From Methanobacteriaceae archaeon (lineage in GTDB: Archaea; Methanobacteriota; Methanobacteria; Methanobacteriales; Methanobacteriaceae): a stretch of DNA of 32,700 nt. The position numbers and the translations under genes were made by a program. Numbering within the stretch: the first letter of the stretch is position 1; each line of letters starts with the position of its first letter. Below the pieces are notes generated by a model that searched no databases, had not been told where the DNA came from, and was given only the letters and a program-made list of their open reading frames with translations. Below are positions 10,549 to 21,434 of the stretch, one piece after another. The stretch spans positions 1 to 32,700 of the forward strand of contig WOYJ01000029.1 of the NCBI GenBank assembly GCA_011620845.1, read 5' to 3'.

Positions 10549-10585
10549 AAATAATATATCTAGAACCAAAATAATATATCTAGAA
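10549..10585. repeat. 17-bp direct repeat (20-bp period) in the mcm divergent promoter region
   Basis: AAATAATATATCTAGAA at 10549-10565 and 10569-10585. Confidence 0.8.
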
Positions 10586-10665
10586 AATCTTATATTAGAT
10601 GATTACAAATAATAATAAGTTTTTTATCTTATTAAAGTATATGTATAATTATTTGAGGTAGTAAA

Positions 10666-11100
10666 TTGAGAAGATCACGTTTGAATTTATTTAAGGCCAC
10701 ATCCATGACCATATCTGTTCTGGGGATTATCATGGTAATCATCACCATCGGAATAATAGGTTATCTGGTTTTTGATACTTTATCATCAACCATTTCAACT
10801 GATGTGGGTAGTGGTTCGGATTATGACAAATTAGCTGCCTTAAAATCAGATTATAATAACCTCAATAATCAGTTTGTGGAAACCAAGTTGCAAATCGAGA
10901 AGATGAACAACATAAATGCCACTATGGCCTATGATAAAGCAGAACTGGAATTAATCCGGGCTCAATCAGATATAAATGATGTGGAAAGTGCTATCAATTC
11001 CAGGAAATCATCTGACGAAGTGAAAAATAGGATAAAACTCGCACAGGATCAGCTGGGGGTTGCTGATCAGGCGCTCCGAGATCTACAAGCTAAATATTGA
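10666..11100 (+). CDS. Hypothetical single-pass membrane protein with a helical/coiled-coil domain
   Basis: TTG after GAGGT; basic N-terminus, one hydrophobic helix, then heptad-like helices. Confidence 0.8.
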   Translation: MRRSRLNLFKATSMTISVLGIIMVIITIGIIGYLVFDTLSSTISTDVGSGSDYDKLAALKSDYNNLNNQFVETKLQIEKMNNINATMAYDKAELELIRAQSDINDVESAINSRKSSDEVKNRIKLAQDQLGVADQALRDLQAKY

Positions 11101-11142
11101 AAGTAACAGCTAAATATTGAAGGCTGCAGGCTAAATATTGAA
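11089..11142 (+). repeat. Three copies of the gene 3' end including the stop codon
   Basis: GCTAAATATTGAA at 11089, 11109 and 11130. Confidence 0.9.
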
Positions 11143-11226
11143 GGCCAGTAATTATTGTATCATAAGCAACGTGGATAGTTAAAAAAAAAACTCGTAATCA
11201 AGATTTCTTCACATTTTTCGATTTAA

Positions 11227-11234
11227 TTTATATA
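11227..11234 (+). promoter_or_regulatory. Putative archaeal TATA box for the acyltransferase gene (probably leaderless or short leader)
   Basis: TTTATATA about 25 nt before ATG 11259. Confidence 0.45.
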
Positions 11235-11258
11235 TAGCGAATTAACATATGGTGTTGC

Positions 11259-12389
11259 ATGACTGTTACGAAAAAGCATCTCATGGAAGTAGACCTGATA
11301 AAGGGTCTGGCCATAATATCTGTTGTACTGGTCCACTGCCTTCCCTATAATGATGCTTTCATGACTTTGAGGATGTTCACCTTTTCCATGGCCCTTTTAA
11401 TTTTCATGCTGCTTATGGGCCGTAATATGTACGCATCATTTGAAAAACATAACTACATGGAGAATGGTTTTCATGCACTAAATTACTTAAAAAACAGGTT
11501 GGTACGATTTTTATATCCATTCATCCCTGTATTTGTGATTTCCATTATTCTGGGATTGTTAACTAACCAGGATCTTTATTTCGGACTTTATACTCTGGTA
11601 GGCTACCTTCCATTGCCCGGGCCAGGTAACTACTTCGTAACGGTGCTCTTACAGTTTATAATAATATTCCCTCTTTTATACCTGGCTTACAAGCGATATC
11701 CACGTTTAACTTTAATTGCAACCTTTGCTATAAGCTTACTATTTGAGTTAATATCCCCCTATATTAGCGCATTAAATGCAGATGCATACATATACTACGC
11801 TAACATTTTAAGGTACCTGTTCGTGATTACTTTAGGATTATGGGTTCTGGAAGCCTTTGAACCAACAAAGAGAATCAGATCAAACCGGGAATCAGCCATA
11901 GTATTGATTGGACTGGTAGTAGGGGTTATCTATATGGTTGCCTTTGGAATTTTCCACTGGGAAGTTCCATTTTTCAACACCTTCTGGGGCACTGAATACC
12001 CCACACTAGGATCCTACGTGGTTATAGTGGCATTTTATCCATTAGTACTTTACATGCTGGCCTACAGGATTTTACCATCTAATTCCGGAAACAAAATCAT
12101 TAAGTTCATTGCCTATGTGGGGAAAGCTTCTTACCATGTATTCCTGGTTCAGATACTGTTTTTCGCTGTATTCTACAATCCCTACGCTACGATTTTCCAG
12201 TCTGGATTATTCGATCCAGTGACCAGTGGAATAATCTCCATAGTGGTAAGTCTAGTAGTGACCCTACCTCTGGGGGTTCTGTTCTATAAATATGAATACG
12301 TCTTCGATAACCTACTGGATCGACTGTTCCGGATAAAAAAGGAAGATTCAGATTTAACGAGTGATAGAAGTCTGAAAAAACAGAATTAA
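11259..12389 (+). CDS. Acyltransferase-3 (OafA-like) membrane O-acyltransferase
   Basis: DLIKGLAIISVVLVH, YLKNRLVRF, GNYFV..LLQFIIIFPLL, YVGKASYHVFLVQ; about 10 TM segments. Confidence 0.85.
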   Translation: MTVTKKHLMEVDLIKGLAIISVVLVHCLPYNDAFMTLRMFTFSMALLIFMLLMGRNMYASFEKHNYMENGFHALNYLKNRLVRFLYPFIPVFVISIILGLLTNQDLYFGLYTLVGYLPLPGPGNYFVTVLLQFIIIFPLLYLAYKRYPRLTLIATFAISLLFELISPYISALNADAYIYYANILRYLFVITLGLWVLEAFEPTKRIRSNRESAIVLIGLVVGVIYMVAFGIFHWEVPFFNTFWGTEYPTLGSYVVIVAFYPLVLYMLAYRILPSNSGNKIIKFIAYVGKASYHVFLVQILFFAVFYNPYATIFQSGLFDPVTSGIISIVVSLVVTLPLGVLFYKYEYVFDNLLDRLFRIKKEDSDLTSDRSLKKQN

Positions 12390-12445
12390 AAATTATTCTT
12401 TACTTAATTGAATCCCTGCAGAATTAAGAGAATTAAGATTATACA

Positions 12446-13037
12446 CTATCTTCTGGCTATCACATACATCTCCACACTCTTCTTCCTGGAGGAGGGTGGT
12501 TTGGTTGTTTTCACCGTTTTAAATTCCTTTTTAATCTCTTTCAAGAGGTTTTCAAATTCTTCTCCCTGGAAGGCCTTCATGATTAAACTGCCATGGGGTT
12601 TTAAAATCGACCCTGAAATCTTAAGCACACCCAGGGCCAGATCCAGGGCGCGTACTTGATCCACATCCTTCACTCCGCTGAGCTGGGGAGAGGCGTCTGA
12701 AAGGATGACGTCAACTTTCCTGCCTGTAGTTTCAAGTATCTGGTTTAAGGTTTCTTCTCGAGTAAAGTCTCCCATGATCCCGATGAAGTTATCGCCGTCT
12801 ATGGGTTTGATCCTCTGCAGGTCAACTCCCACCACCAGACCTTCTTCCCCTACCTTTTCCAGGGCGACCTGGGACCATCCCCCGGGAGCGGCTCCCAGGT
12901 CAAGGACGATATCTCCCTTCTGGATGATATTGAATTTATTGTTGAGTTGGAGCAGTTTATAGGAGGCCCGGGAGTGGTAGCTCTCCTTTTTAGCCATCTT
13001 ATAGTAGGGTTCCTCCTTTCTCTCCTTGTTCCACTTT

Positions 13038-13045
<8 letters not shown>
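12446..13045 (-). CDS. rlmE: 23S rRNA 2'-O-methyltransferase RlmE/FtsJ
   Basis: [46 protein letters not shown]. Confidence 0.95.
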
Positions 13046-13571
<526 letters not shown>

Positions 13572-13742
13572 CTAATTTGATACTCCTCTTTTGAATATTG
13601 AAATATATCTTTAATTGGGATATCCTTCATATAATATACATATTTTATATACATCGTTGATAATATTGTAAAGATTATCGAAATATCAATTTTATTGAAC
13701 TTTAAGTTTTTATAAAAAATTTTATTATTATGAGTGATCATC

Positions 13743-15863
13743 ATGCATGAGGTAATCATATGTGAAAAACCAAGGACGTCCGAGAGGATATCAGCTGCTC
13801 TGCCTGGTAAAGTAGAAAAAAAGAACTATAGAAGGATCCCTTACTATGAAGTGGAAAATAACGGGAAAAAAACCACAGTTCTGGCTGCAGTTGGCCACCT
13901 ATACTCTTTAGCACCTAAAAACAGGAAGAAAAAGAAGTTCGACCTGGAATGGGTGCCTCTTTATGAAAGGGATAAATCAAAGAAGTACATCAAAAGTTAC
14001 GTGGATGCCATAAAGAAACTTTCCAAAGACGCTGATAGATTTGTACATGCCTGCGATTACGACATAGAAGGAACACTCATTGGTTACAACGTCCTGAAAT
14101 ATGCCTGCGGCCAGGATAGTCTGGACAACACGGTGAGGATGAAGTTCTCCACCCTCACCGATGAGGATATACTGGAAGCCTATGAAAATCCCATCAACCT
14201 GGACATCAATCAGGTGGATAGTGGAATTGCCCGGCACGTGCTTGACTTTATCTTCGGAGTGAACATTTCCAAGTACCTCACCGATGCAGTTATGAAATCC
14301 ACCAAGAGGTACATCCAGCTATCTGCCGGCAGAGTACAGACACCTACACTGGCCATACTGGTCGACCGGGAGAAGGAAATCGGCACATTTATCCCAGAAC
14401 CCTACTGGAACATCAAAGCATATCTGGAAGGAGACATCATAGCCGACCATAAGAAGGGTAAGATCTTCAAAAGAGAGGATGTAGATGAAATCCTGGTAGA
14501 TTGTAAGGATAAAGACGCCCAGGTTTCCAAGATCGAACTTAAAACTTCCAAAAAGATCCCACCATTTCCCTTCGATCTGGGATCCCTGCAGTCAGAGGCT
14601 TACTCCCTATTCGGTTTCAGCCCTAAAAAGACCCAGCAAATAGCCCAGAACTTATATTCAGAGGGTTACACTTCTTATCCACGTACATCTTCCCAGAAAC
14701 TCCCTAAAAGCATAGGTTACGATAAGATTCTTAAAAAACTCTCGGGTAACGCTGCCTTTAGAAAATCCATCCAGAAACTCAAGCAGCCATATAAGCCACG
14801 TGAAGGTAAGAAAAAGGATGAAGCACACCCATCCATACACCCCACTGGAGTTCTGCCTAAAAAGCTGGGTAGAGATTATCAGAAACTTTACGAACTCATA
14901 GCCTACCGATTTATAAGTGTTTTTGGTGAAGATGCACTGGTAGAGACCATGAAGACAAACCTGGAGATAGGAAAGCAACCCTTCACCTTCACCAGGAAGA
15001 GAACGGCTAAACTGGGATGGCAGGAGCAGTACCCCTTCAGGAGCGTGGAAAACGATGAATTCCCTGACATCCAGGAAGGTGATAAGCTGAAGAGTGAGGT
15101 TAAAGATGAGGAAAAAGAAACCAAACCTCCAGCGCGTTATAATCAGGCTTCTTTAATACGGGAATTAGAAAAAAGGGGACTGGGAACTAAATCCACCCGT
15201 GCTAATATCATATCGATCCTTTACGATAGAAAGTATGTGGAAGGAAAGAAGATAAAGGTTAACGTACTGGGAAAACAGCTTATAGACACCCTGGTGAAGT
15301 ATTCCCAGAAGATAACCAGTGAAGAATTAACTAGGGAGTTTGAAACCAAACTCGAAAATATACAGAAGGGTAAAACCCAGAAAGAAAATATTATAGAGGA
15401 ATATAAAACAGAAATAAGCTCTATTCTGGATGATATTGAGGAAAACAAACTCAAAATTGGTGAAGAATTGTATAAAGCTTACCGGAAGAGTATGATCGTC
15501 GGTGAGTGTAAATGCGGTAAAAACCTGATCCTCATCAGTTCACGTCAGGAAAACTCCTTCGTTGGCTGTTCTGGATATCCAGAATGTAAAAATACCTATT
15601 CACTACCCAGGGGGGCAACCATCCTCAAGACGAAGTGTGAGGAATGCGGACTCCCCATGATATCCTTTGGAAAACCCAGACAGAGGGCCTGCCTGGATCC
15701 TAAGTGTGGTAAAGAGGATCAGGAACCATCCAATGAAGTGGTGGGTGAATGCCCAGAATGTGGCAGTGAACTTATTAAAAGATCTGGACGCTTCGGAGAA
15801 TTTATAGGCTGTAGAGGATTCCCTAAATGTCGTTACACCAGATCGATAGAAGAGAATGTTTGA
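13743..15863 (+). CDS. topA: Type IA DNA topoisomerase with C-terminal zinc ribbons
   Basis: [32 protein letters not shown]; catalytic [22 protein letters not shown]; Cys clusters at the C-terminus. Confidence 0.96.
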   Translation: MHEVIICEKPRTSERISAALPGKVEKKNYRRIPYYEVENNGKKTTVLAAVGHLYSLAPKNRKKKKFDLEWVPLYERDKSKKYIKSYVDAIKKLSKDADRFVHACDYDIEGTLIGYNVLKYACGQDSLDNTVRMKFSTLTDEDILEAYENPINLDINQVDSGIARHVLDFIFGVNISKYLTDAVMKSTKRYIQLSAGRVQTPTLAILVDREKEIGTFIPEPYWNIKAYLEGDIIADHKKGKIFKREDVDEILVDCKDKDAQVSKIELKTSKKIPPFPFDLGSLQSEAYSLFGFSPKKTQQIAQNLYSEGYTSYPRTSSQKLPKSIGYDKILKKLSGNAAFRKSIQKLKQPYKPREGKKKDEAHPSIHPTGVLPKKLGRDYQKLYELIAYRFISVFGEDALVETMKTNLEIGKQPFTFTRKRTAKLGWQEQYPFRSVENDEFPDIQEGDKLKSEVKDEEKETKPPARYNQASLIRELEKRGLGTKSTRANIISILYDRKYVEGKKIKVNVLGKQLIDTLVKYSQKITSEELTREFETKLENIQKGKTQKENIIEEYKTEISSILDDIEENKLKIGEELYKAYRKSMIVGECKCGKNLILISSRQENSFVGCSGYPECKNTYSLPRGATILKTKCEECGLPMISFGKPRQRACLDPKCGKEDQEPSNEVVGECPECGSELIKRSGRFGEFIGCRGFPKCRYTRSIEENV

Positions 15864-15940
15864 TTTAGAAGAGAATATCTGATTAATGGAAGAAAATATT
15901 TGATTAAGAAAATGTTTGATTAATAGAAGAAAATCTGATA
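15848..15940 (+). repeat. Five degenerate copies of the topA 3' end
   Basis: AGAAGAGAATGTTTGATT, AGAAGAGAATATCTGATT, GGAAGAAAATATTTGATT, AAGAAAATGTTTGATT, AGAAGAAAATCTGATA. Confidence 0.8.
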
Positions 15941-16160
15941 CTAAAGAGATGGTAGCTTATACTTAAATAGAAGGGGAAAGTCTGATATTAAACTAAAAGA
16001 TAATCATACCGATTTAAGTATCAAACTCATTTTTCCTGATTATTTGGGTGATTTTGTAATATGGTGATTTACATTGGGGTTTAAATTTGGAAAATCCATA
16101 AATATAAGTTCATATTAGGTATAATCAAATTAGAAGTATAAAAAATACCGAGGCCATTTC

Positions 16161-18659
16161 ATGAATCGAAGTCAAATCCTACCAAAAATTAAACCATTAA
16201 TCATCATTATCGTACTATTTCTACTGGTCTTTTCCCTGAGAGCAGAAGCAGTGAACTTATCAGCCATCCCGGATGATATGAAAGCTCTCTATCAGGATGA
16301 CGGTGGACTGCCCTATTTCAGTGAAGTGGACTCCTATTTTAACTACAGGATGACAGAGGACGTACTGGATCATGGCTACATGGGTGATACCAAGATAAAT
16401 GGTACAAACTGGGATCTGCATTCCTACTTCCCACCCGGTAAAGAAATGTCTTATACTCCTTTAATTGCATATCTTACGGCGTTTATCTACCTGTTCGTTA
16501 ACATATTCTCTAATGTGCCCTTAACTAATGTGGTCTTTTGGACAGGAGCTTTTGTAGCGTCATTGGCTGTTATACCAGCTTACCTTTTCATAAGGAGGAT
16601 TACCAATGATTATGGTGGAATAACAGCAGGTGCACTGGTTGGATTGGCACCCTTCTATTTCTCACACACCTTCGCCGGATTTTTCGACACAGACATGTTC
16701 AACATGTTACTGCCTATACTGATAGTATGGTTCTTTATAGAAAGCCTAAGAGCAGATAATTTGAAAAACAGATCTATTTTTGCCGTATTATCTGCAGTTT
16801 CAATGCTATTATTTTCACTGGCATGGCAGGGATGGATCTACATCTTCTACTTACTCATCGTGACTGTCGTTGTTTATTTGCTGGTTTCCAAGTATCTGTT
16901 TGGTTATAAAACTTTTAATAAACCTGGAGATTATGGTAGTATAAAGGAATGGTTCATTAATCAACCAGTAATTTCTGCACTGGTTGTATTTGTTGTTTTA
17001 AGTTCAATACTGGTGATAATTACCAGTGGACCATCTAGTTTCGCATCATCTCTTCTGGGACCTTTAGGATTCACCCAGATTCAATCATCTGTTCAGGTGG
17101 CATCCGCCTATCCTAACGTCTATGTTTCTGTTGGAGAACTTCAGGTACCCGATAGTGCCCTGAGTGCTATAAATAATGCTGGCGGACTAGTCGTCTTTAT
17201 ATTCGGTTTACTGGCTGTTTTCTTACTATTCCTGCGTATGATGATAGGTAAGAAGGAAGTTCAAACCAAGGCCAAAGAAGTCGAAAGTGAGAAAACAACC
17301 AAAACTCGCAAAAAAAGGAAAAAACGAAGAAGGAAGAGTAAACCAAAAGCTCAAGAAAAAGCCAAGGAAACCCAGAAAAAATACATAATCCCACAGTTAA
17401 ATGAGTTCGAGAAGAAAAATTACCTCTTTTATGCCGTACTCATGTTTATATGGATTATAACAACTGCATATCTCCTTACTAAGGGTGTAAGATTTTCAGA
17501 ACTCTTTGCACTGCCTGTAGCTTTATCGGCAGGTATATTTGTAGGGCTTATGCTGGAATATGTAAAAGCCTACGTGCCAAATAACAAATTACAGACTGTA
17601 GTGATGGTAGTATTAATTGCAGCAGCTGTGTTTGCCCCAATTTCCAGTGGATATGCTATATCCTCCAGTGTGGTTCCGGGAACCAGTGATCCTATGATAC
17701 TGTCCCTGAACTGGATAAAAAATAATACCTCTCCAGATACGGTGATAACATCCTGGTGGGATTACGGACACCTCTTTACCGCCGTAGCTGATCGGCCAGT
17801 GACATTTGATGGATCGACCCAGAATAACCTCAGGGCTTACTGGGTAGGGAAGTCGCTTACCACCAATAATGAAACATTATCTGCAGGTATACTCACAATG
17901 CTGAGTACCACTGGTGATTCAGGCCCTAACACTGTAGAGCTTTACACCAATGACACAGGCAAAAGCGTTGAAATACTGACCAGCATTTTAGGCGTGGATA
18001 AAGCTACGGCAACAACCATCTTAACTACTAATTATGGTTTAACTGCTGAACAGGCCCAGAACATAACCCAGTATACCCATCCAGACAATCCATCACCAAA
18101 TGTGCTCATAACCAGTTCCGATATGCTGGGTAAGGCTGTCTGGTGGTCGTACTTTGCTAACTGGAATTTCCAGACCAACAACAGTACAGGATACAGTTAT
18201 TTGGAAGGTCAGGCCATGATCATTCCTAACAATGAAACTGGACTGGGCAACGATACCACCGTCCTCATTGCCAACAACGCAGTGTTTGCACATATAACTG
18301 GCAACAACGTATCTGCTGGTATCATCAACATAAATGAATTACAGAATCAAAATAAGACTACTCCACAGCTCGTAAACGATCTTATAACCGGGTTACAGGG
18401 TAACAGCACCCTTATTGTAAAACCCCACAGGCTGACCGTGATGGTAAATGACACCATCGTCCAGAATGACATAGTCTCTGAGGACGCCATTTACTCCATT
18501 GCACTGGTAAATGACAAAGGAACCTTAATGACTTATATATATAGCAAGGAGCTGGAAGATTCCATGTTCACCAAACTATACGTATTCCGGGGACAGAACT
18601 TGACCCAGTTCAATTTAGCCTATGAGCAGCCAGGAGTAATGGTCTGGAACGTAGTATAA
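16161..18659 (+). CDS. aglB: Oligosaccharyltransferase AglB (STT3 family)
   Basis: SEVDSYFNYR, GFFDTD, SVGEL, VRF, SWWDYGH, FDG and DMLGK motifs; multi-TM N-terminal half; GAGG RBS. Confidence 0.93.
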   Translation: MNRSQILPKIKPLIIIIVLFLLVFSLRAEAVNLSAIPDDMKALYQDDGGLPYFSEVDSYFNYRMTEDVLDHGYMGDTKINGTNWDLHSYFPPGKEMSYTPLIAYLTAFIYLFVNIFSNVPLTNVVFWTGAFVASLAVIPAYLFIRRITNDYGGITAGALVGLAPFYFSHTFAGFFDTDMFNMLLPILIVWFFIESLRADNLKNRSIFAVLSAVSMLLFSLAWQGWIYIFYLLIVTVVVYLLVSKYLFGYKTFNKPGDYGSIKEWFINQPVISALVVFVVLSSILVIITSGPSSFASSLLGPLGFTQIQSSVQVASAYPNVYVSVGELQVPDSALSAINNAGGLVVFIFGLLAVFLLFLRMMIGKKEVQTKAKEVESEKTTKTRKKRKKRRRKSKPKAQEKAKETQKKYIIPQLNEFEKKNYLFYAVLMFIWIITTAYLLTKGVRFSELFALPVALSAGIFVGLMLEYVKAYVPNNKLQTVVMVVLIAAAVFAPISSGYAISSSVVPGTSDPMILSLNWIKNNTSPDTVITSWWDYGHLFTAVADRPVTFDGSTQNNLRAYWVGKSLTTNNETLSAGILTMLSTTGDSGPNTVELYTNDTGKSVEILTSILGVDKATATTILTTNYGLTAEQAQNITQYTHPDNPSPNVLITSSDMLGKAVWWSYFANWNFQTNNSTGYSYLEGQAMIIPNNETGLGNDTTVLIANNAVFAHITGNNVSAGIININELQNQNKTTPQLVNDLITGLQGNSTLIVKPHRLTVMVNDTIVQNDIVSEDAIYSIALVNDKGTLMTYIYSKELEDSMFTKLYVFRGQNLTQFNLAYEQPGVMVWNVV

Positions 18660-18812
18660 AACCCCCATACTACTTCTCCTTTTTCATTTTTTGTTAAAAT
18701 TCAGAGGGTGTTCTCGTAATTTTTTTATGTCAATTAAAATACAATTAATATCATAAATAAAAGATAGATTCTACTCTAAAACTAGAATTGAATTTAATTT
18801 TATGTGAATTTT

Positions 18813-19907
18813 ATGGCTGTAGATGATAGAATAAAGAAGATAGAGGAAGAAATCCAGAAAACCCCCTACAACAAAGCAACATCCCATCATATAGGGAAAC
18901 TTAAAGCTAAACTTTCCCGACTGAAGGAGGAATCACTTCAAAGGAGCAATTCCGGGGCTAAAGGTAAGGGTTTCCATATTAAAAAAAGTGGAGACTCCAC
19001 CGTAGTTCTGGTAGGGTTCCCTTCCGTGGGGAAATCCACCATACTAAACCAGCTTACCAATGCCGAGTCCAAGATCGGGGAATACGAATTCACCACTCTG
19101 GAAATCATTCCGGGCATAATGGAGTATAAAGGGGCTAAAATACAGATCTTCGATATTCCCGGGATAATCACCGGTGCCTCGAAGGGTAAAGGAAGGGGAA
19201 AAGAGATACTCTCCGTATCCCGGAATGCAGATTTGATAGTGGTGGTATTAGACGTGTTCAACCCCCAGCACATGCAGGTAATACTCGATGAACTTAGAAA
19301 TATAGGGATAAGACCCAACGAATCAGTACCCGATGTCACTGTAAAAAGGAGGAAGATGGGTGGAATCAACCTATCATCAACCATTCCTCTTACTAAAATA
19401 GATGATAGAACCATAAGATCCATCCTGAATGAATACGGTATACACAGTGCCGATGTACTCATCCGGGATGATGTAAACATCGACCAGTTCATCGATTCAC
19501 TGGACACCAACTGCCGGTACGTCCCCATGTTACTGGTGGTAAATAAAATAGACCTGGCAGATGAAGAATACCTTCAAAAATTAAAATCTGAATTACCAGA
19601 TGCCATATACGTTGCCGCAGACCAGGGGTACCACATGGATCTCCTACGGGAGAAAATATTCCAGCAACTGGAACTTATAAGGATCTACCTCAAACCCCAG
19701 GGACGTAAAGCAGATCTGGAAGAACCCCTGATCGTAAGAAAGGGTTCCACGGTGGAAGAGGTGGCCTTGAGGTTACACCGTGACTTCGTGCGGAACTTTC
19801 GCCAGGCACGGGTGTGGGGGTCCTCAGTGAAGTTTCCTGGCCAGAAAGTGGGACTGGAACACCACCTGCAGGACCAGGATGTGCTCCGGATAATCATAAA
19901 GAAATGA
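18813..19907 (+). CDS. DRG/OBG family GTPase with TGS domain
   Basis: [32 protein letters not shown]-terminal [14 protein letters not shown]. Confidence 0.94.
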   Translation: MAVDDRIKKIEEEIQKTPYNKATSHHIGKLKAKLSRLKEESLQRSNSGAKGKGFHIKKSGDSTVVLVGFPSVGKSTILNQLTNAESKIGEYEFTTLEIIPGIMEYKGAKIQIFDIPGIITGASKGKGRGKEILSVSRNADLIVVVLDVFNPQHMQVILDELRNIGIRPNESVPDVTVKRRKMGGINLSSTIPLTKIDDRTIRSILNEYGIHSADVLIRDDVNIDQFIDSLDTNCRYVPMLLVVNKIDLADEEYLQKLKSELPDAIYVAADQGYHMDLLREKIFQQLELIRIYLKPQGRKADLEEPLIVRKGSTVEEVALRLHRDFVRNFRQARVWGSSVKFPGQKVGLEHHLQDQDVLRIIIKK

Positions 19908-19962
19908 TCAAGCAATTTTAATTAGACGATGAATAATATAGTAATAGATGGAATGTGTAAAA

Positions 19963-20739
19963 ATGGAATTAGACGATATAAAAATTTCAAAGGCAATCAT
20001 AGAAGGATACATGGATGACCTATTAGATTATACAGATATGGATGTGGCAATAGGTGGGGGAGGGCCCGCCGGACTCACCGCCGGATACTACCTGGCTAAA
20101 GCAGGATACAAAGTCGCCCTGTTTGAGCGTAAACTCAGTATAGGTGGTGGAATGTGGGGTGGCGGGATGATGTTCAACAAGATCGTTGTCCAGGAGGAAG
20201 GAAAGAGAATACTGGACGAATTCGGCATAGGATCCACCGAATACGAGGACCAGTACTACGTGGCGGATTCCATAGAATGCACATCCACCCTGTGCTCCAA
20301 GGCCTGCCAGGCGGGTTTAAAGATTTTCAACCTGATAGAAATCGAGGATCTGATGATAAAAGAGAAGGGAGTGGAAGGACTGGTATTAAACTGGAGTGCA
20401 GTTAAGATAGCAGGACTGCACGTAGACCCTCTCACCGTCCGGTCCCGGGCGGTGATCGACGCCACCGGACACCCCATCGAGATAGTTAAGATAATCGAAC
20501 AGAAGATGGGCCACAAGCTCAACACTTCCACTGGTAAGATCATGGGAGAAAAGTCCATGTGGGCTGAAGCAGCTGAAAACATAGTCACCGACAACACGGC
20601 CGAAATATATCCCGGTTTATATGTGGCGGGAATGGCTGCAAATGCAGTGTACGGGGCGCCAAGGATGGGGCCCATATTCGGTGGAATGCTCCTCTCCGGG
20701 GAAAAAGTCGCCCAGATGTTGATTGAAAAGTTGAAATAA
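19963..20739 (+). CDS. thi4: Sulfide-dependent ADP-thiazole synthase (Thi4)
   Basis: [37 protein letters not shown]. Confidence 0.94.
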   Translation: MELDDIKISKAIIEGYMDDLLDYTDMDVAIGGGGPAGLTAGYYLAKAGYKVALFERKLSIGGGMWGGGMMFNKIVVQEEGKRILDEFGIGSTEYEDQYYVADSIECTSTLCSKACQAGLKIFNLIEIEDLMIKEKGVEGLVLNWSAVKIAGLHVDPLTVRSRAVIDATGHPIEIVKIIEQKMGHKLNTSTGKIMGEKSMWAEAAENIVTDNTAEIYPGLYVAGMAANAVYGAPRMGPIFGGMLLSGEKVAQMLIEKLK

Positions 20740-20802
20740 CCAGGATTAATTTAAAAACTTCCATAACAATTCCTCCTCTTTAAAAACCTTCTAAACAGAA
20801 CC

Positions 20803-21339
20803 ATGATTCTCTTTATAACCGGAACCCCGGGAACAGGTAAAACCACAGTCTCTAAACTGTTCAAGGAACAGTTTTCCTTTACCCTGGTGGATGTTAATCA
20901 AATGGTGGATGATGAGAAACTCTACACAGGCATCCACAAAAAGGGGTATAAAATAGTGGACATACCAGCATTATGTTCTAAATTAGGTGATTTTATCCGT
21001 AATTTAGGGGATGGAGAAGATCTGTTGGTTGAGGGCCACTTGTCCCATTTCTGTGGTGGAGCAGACCGGGTAATCGTTTTACGTACCCATCCTGATATAT
21101 TAGGTGATCGTCTGCAGGATAAAGGGTTTGAAGATGCCAAGATCGCCGAGAACGTTGAGGCCGAGGCCCTGGATGTCTGTGCATTTGAGGCATACCAGGA
21201 GTATGGGGATAGGGCCAGTGAGGTAGACACCACAGGTAAAAATCCAGAGGAAGTGGTGGGTATAATTAAAATGATAATTGATGGAGAAAAAACCTCTCCG
21301 GTGGGAGGAGTCGATTTTTCAGGTTACCTGGGTTCTTGA
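20803..21339 (+). CDS. Adenylate kinase/ATPase, AK6/Fap7 family
   Basis: [32 protein letters not shown]. Confidence 0.9.
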   Translation: MILFITGTPGTGKTTVSKLFKEQFSFTLVDVNQMVDDEKLYTGIHKKGYKIVDIPALCSKLGDFIRNLGDGEDLLVEGHLSHFCGGADRVIVLRTHPDILGDRLQDKGFEDAKIAENVEAEALDVCAFEAYQEYGDRASEVDTTGKNPEEVVGIIKMIIDGEKTSPVGGVDFSGYLGS

Positions 21340-21357
21340 ACGATTAGGGGAAATTTC

Positions 21358-21417
21358 TAGGCTATGTTTTTGAATTTTAGGCTATGTTTTTGAATTTTAG
21401 GCTATGTTTTTGAAATT
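21358..21417. repeat. 20-bp tandem repeat, three copies
   Basis: TAGGCTATGTTTTTGAATTT twice perfect, third copy with one change near its end; no spacers. Confidence 0.93.
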
Positions 21418-21434
21418 TTTTCTCCAGGAGATGG

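Noticed and set aside
19908..19962. TPP riboswitch upstream of thi4
   Set aside because: Gap is only about 55 nt, AT-rich, and lacks the conserved aptamer motifs
21358..21417. Possible CRISPR mini-array (also 11089-11142 and 15848-15940)
   Set aside because: Units are head-to-tail or separated by under 10 nt, with no unique 30-40 nt spacers and no cas genes
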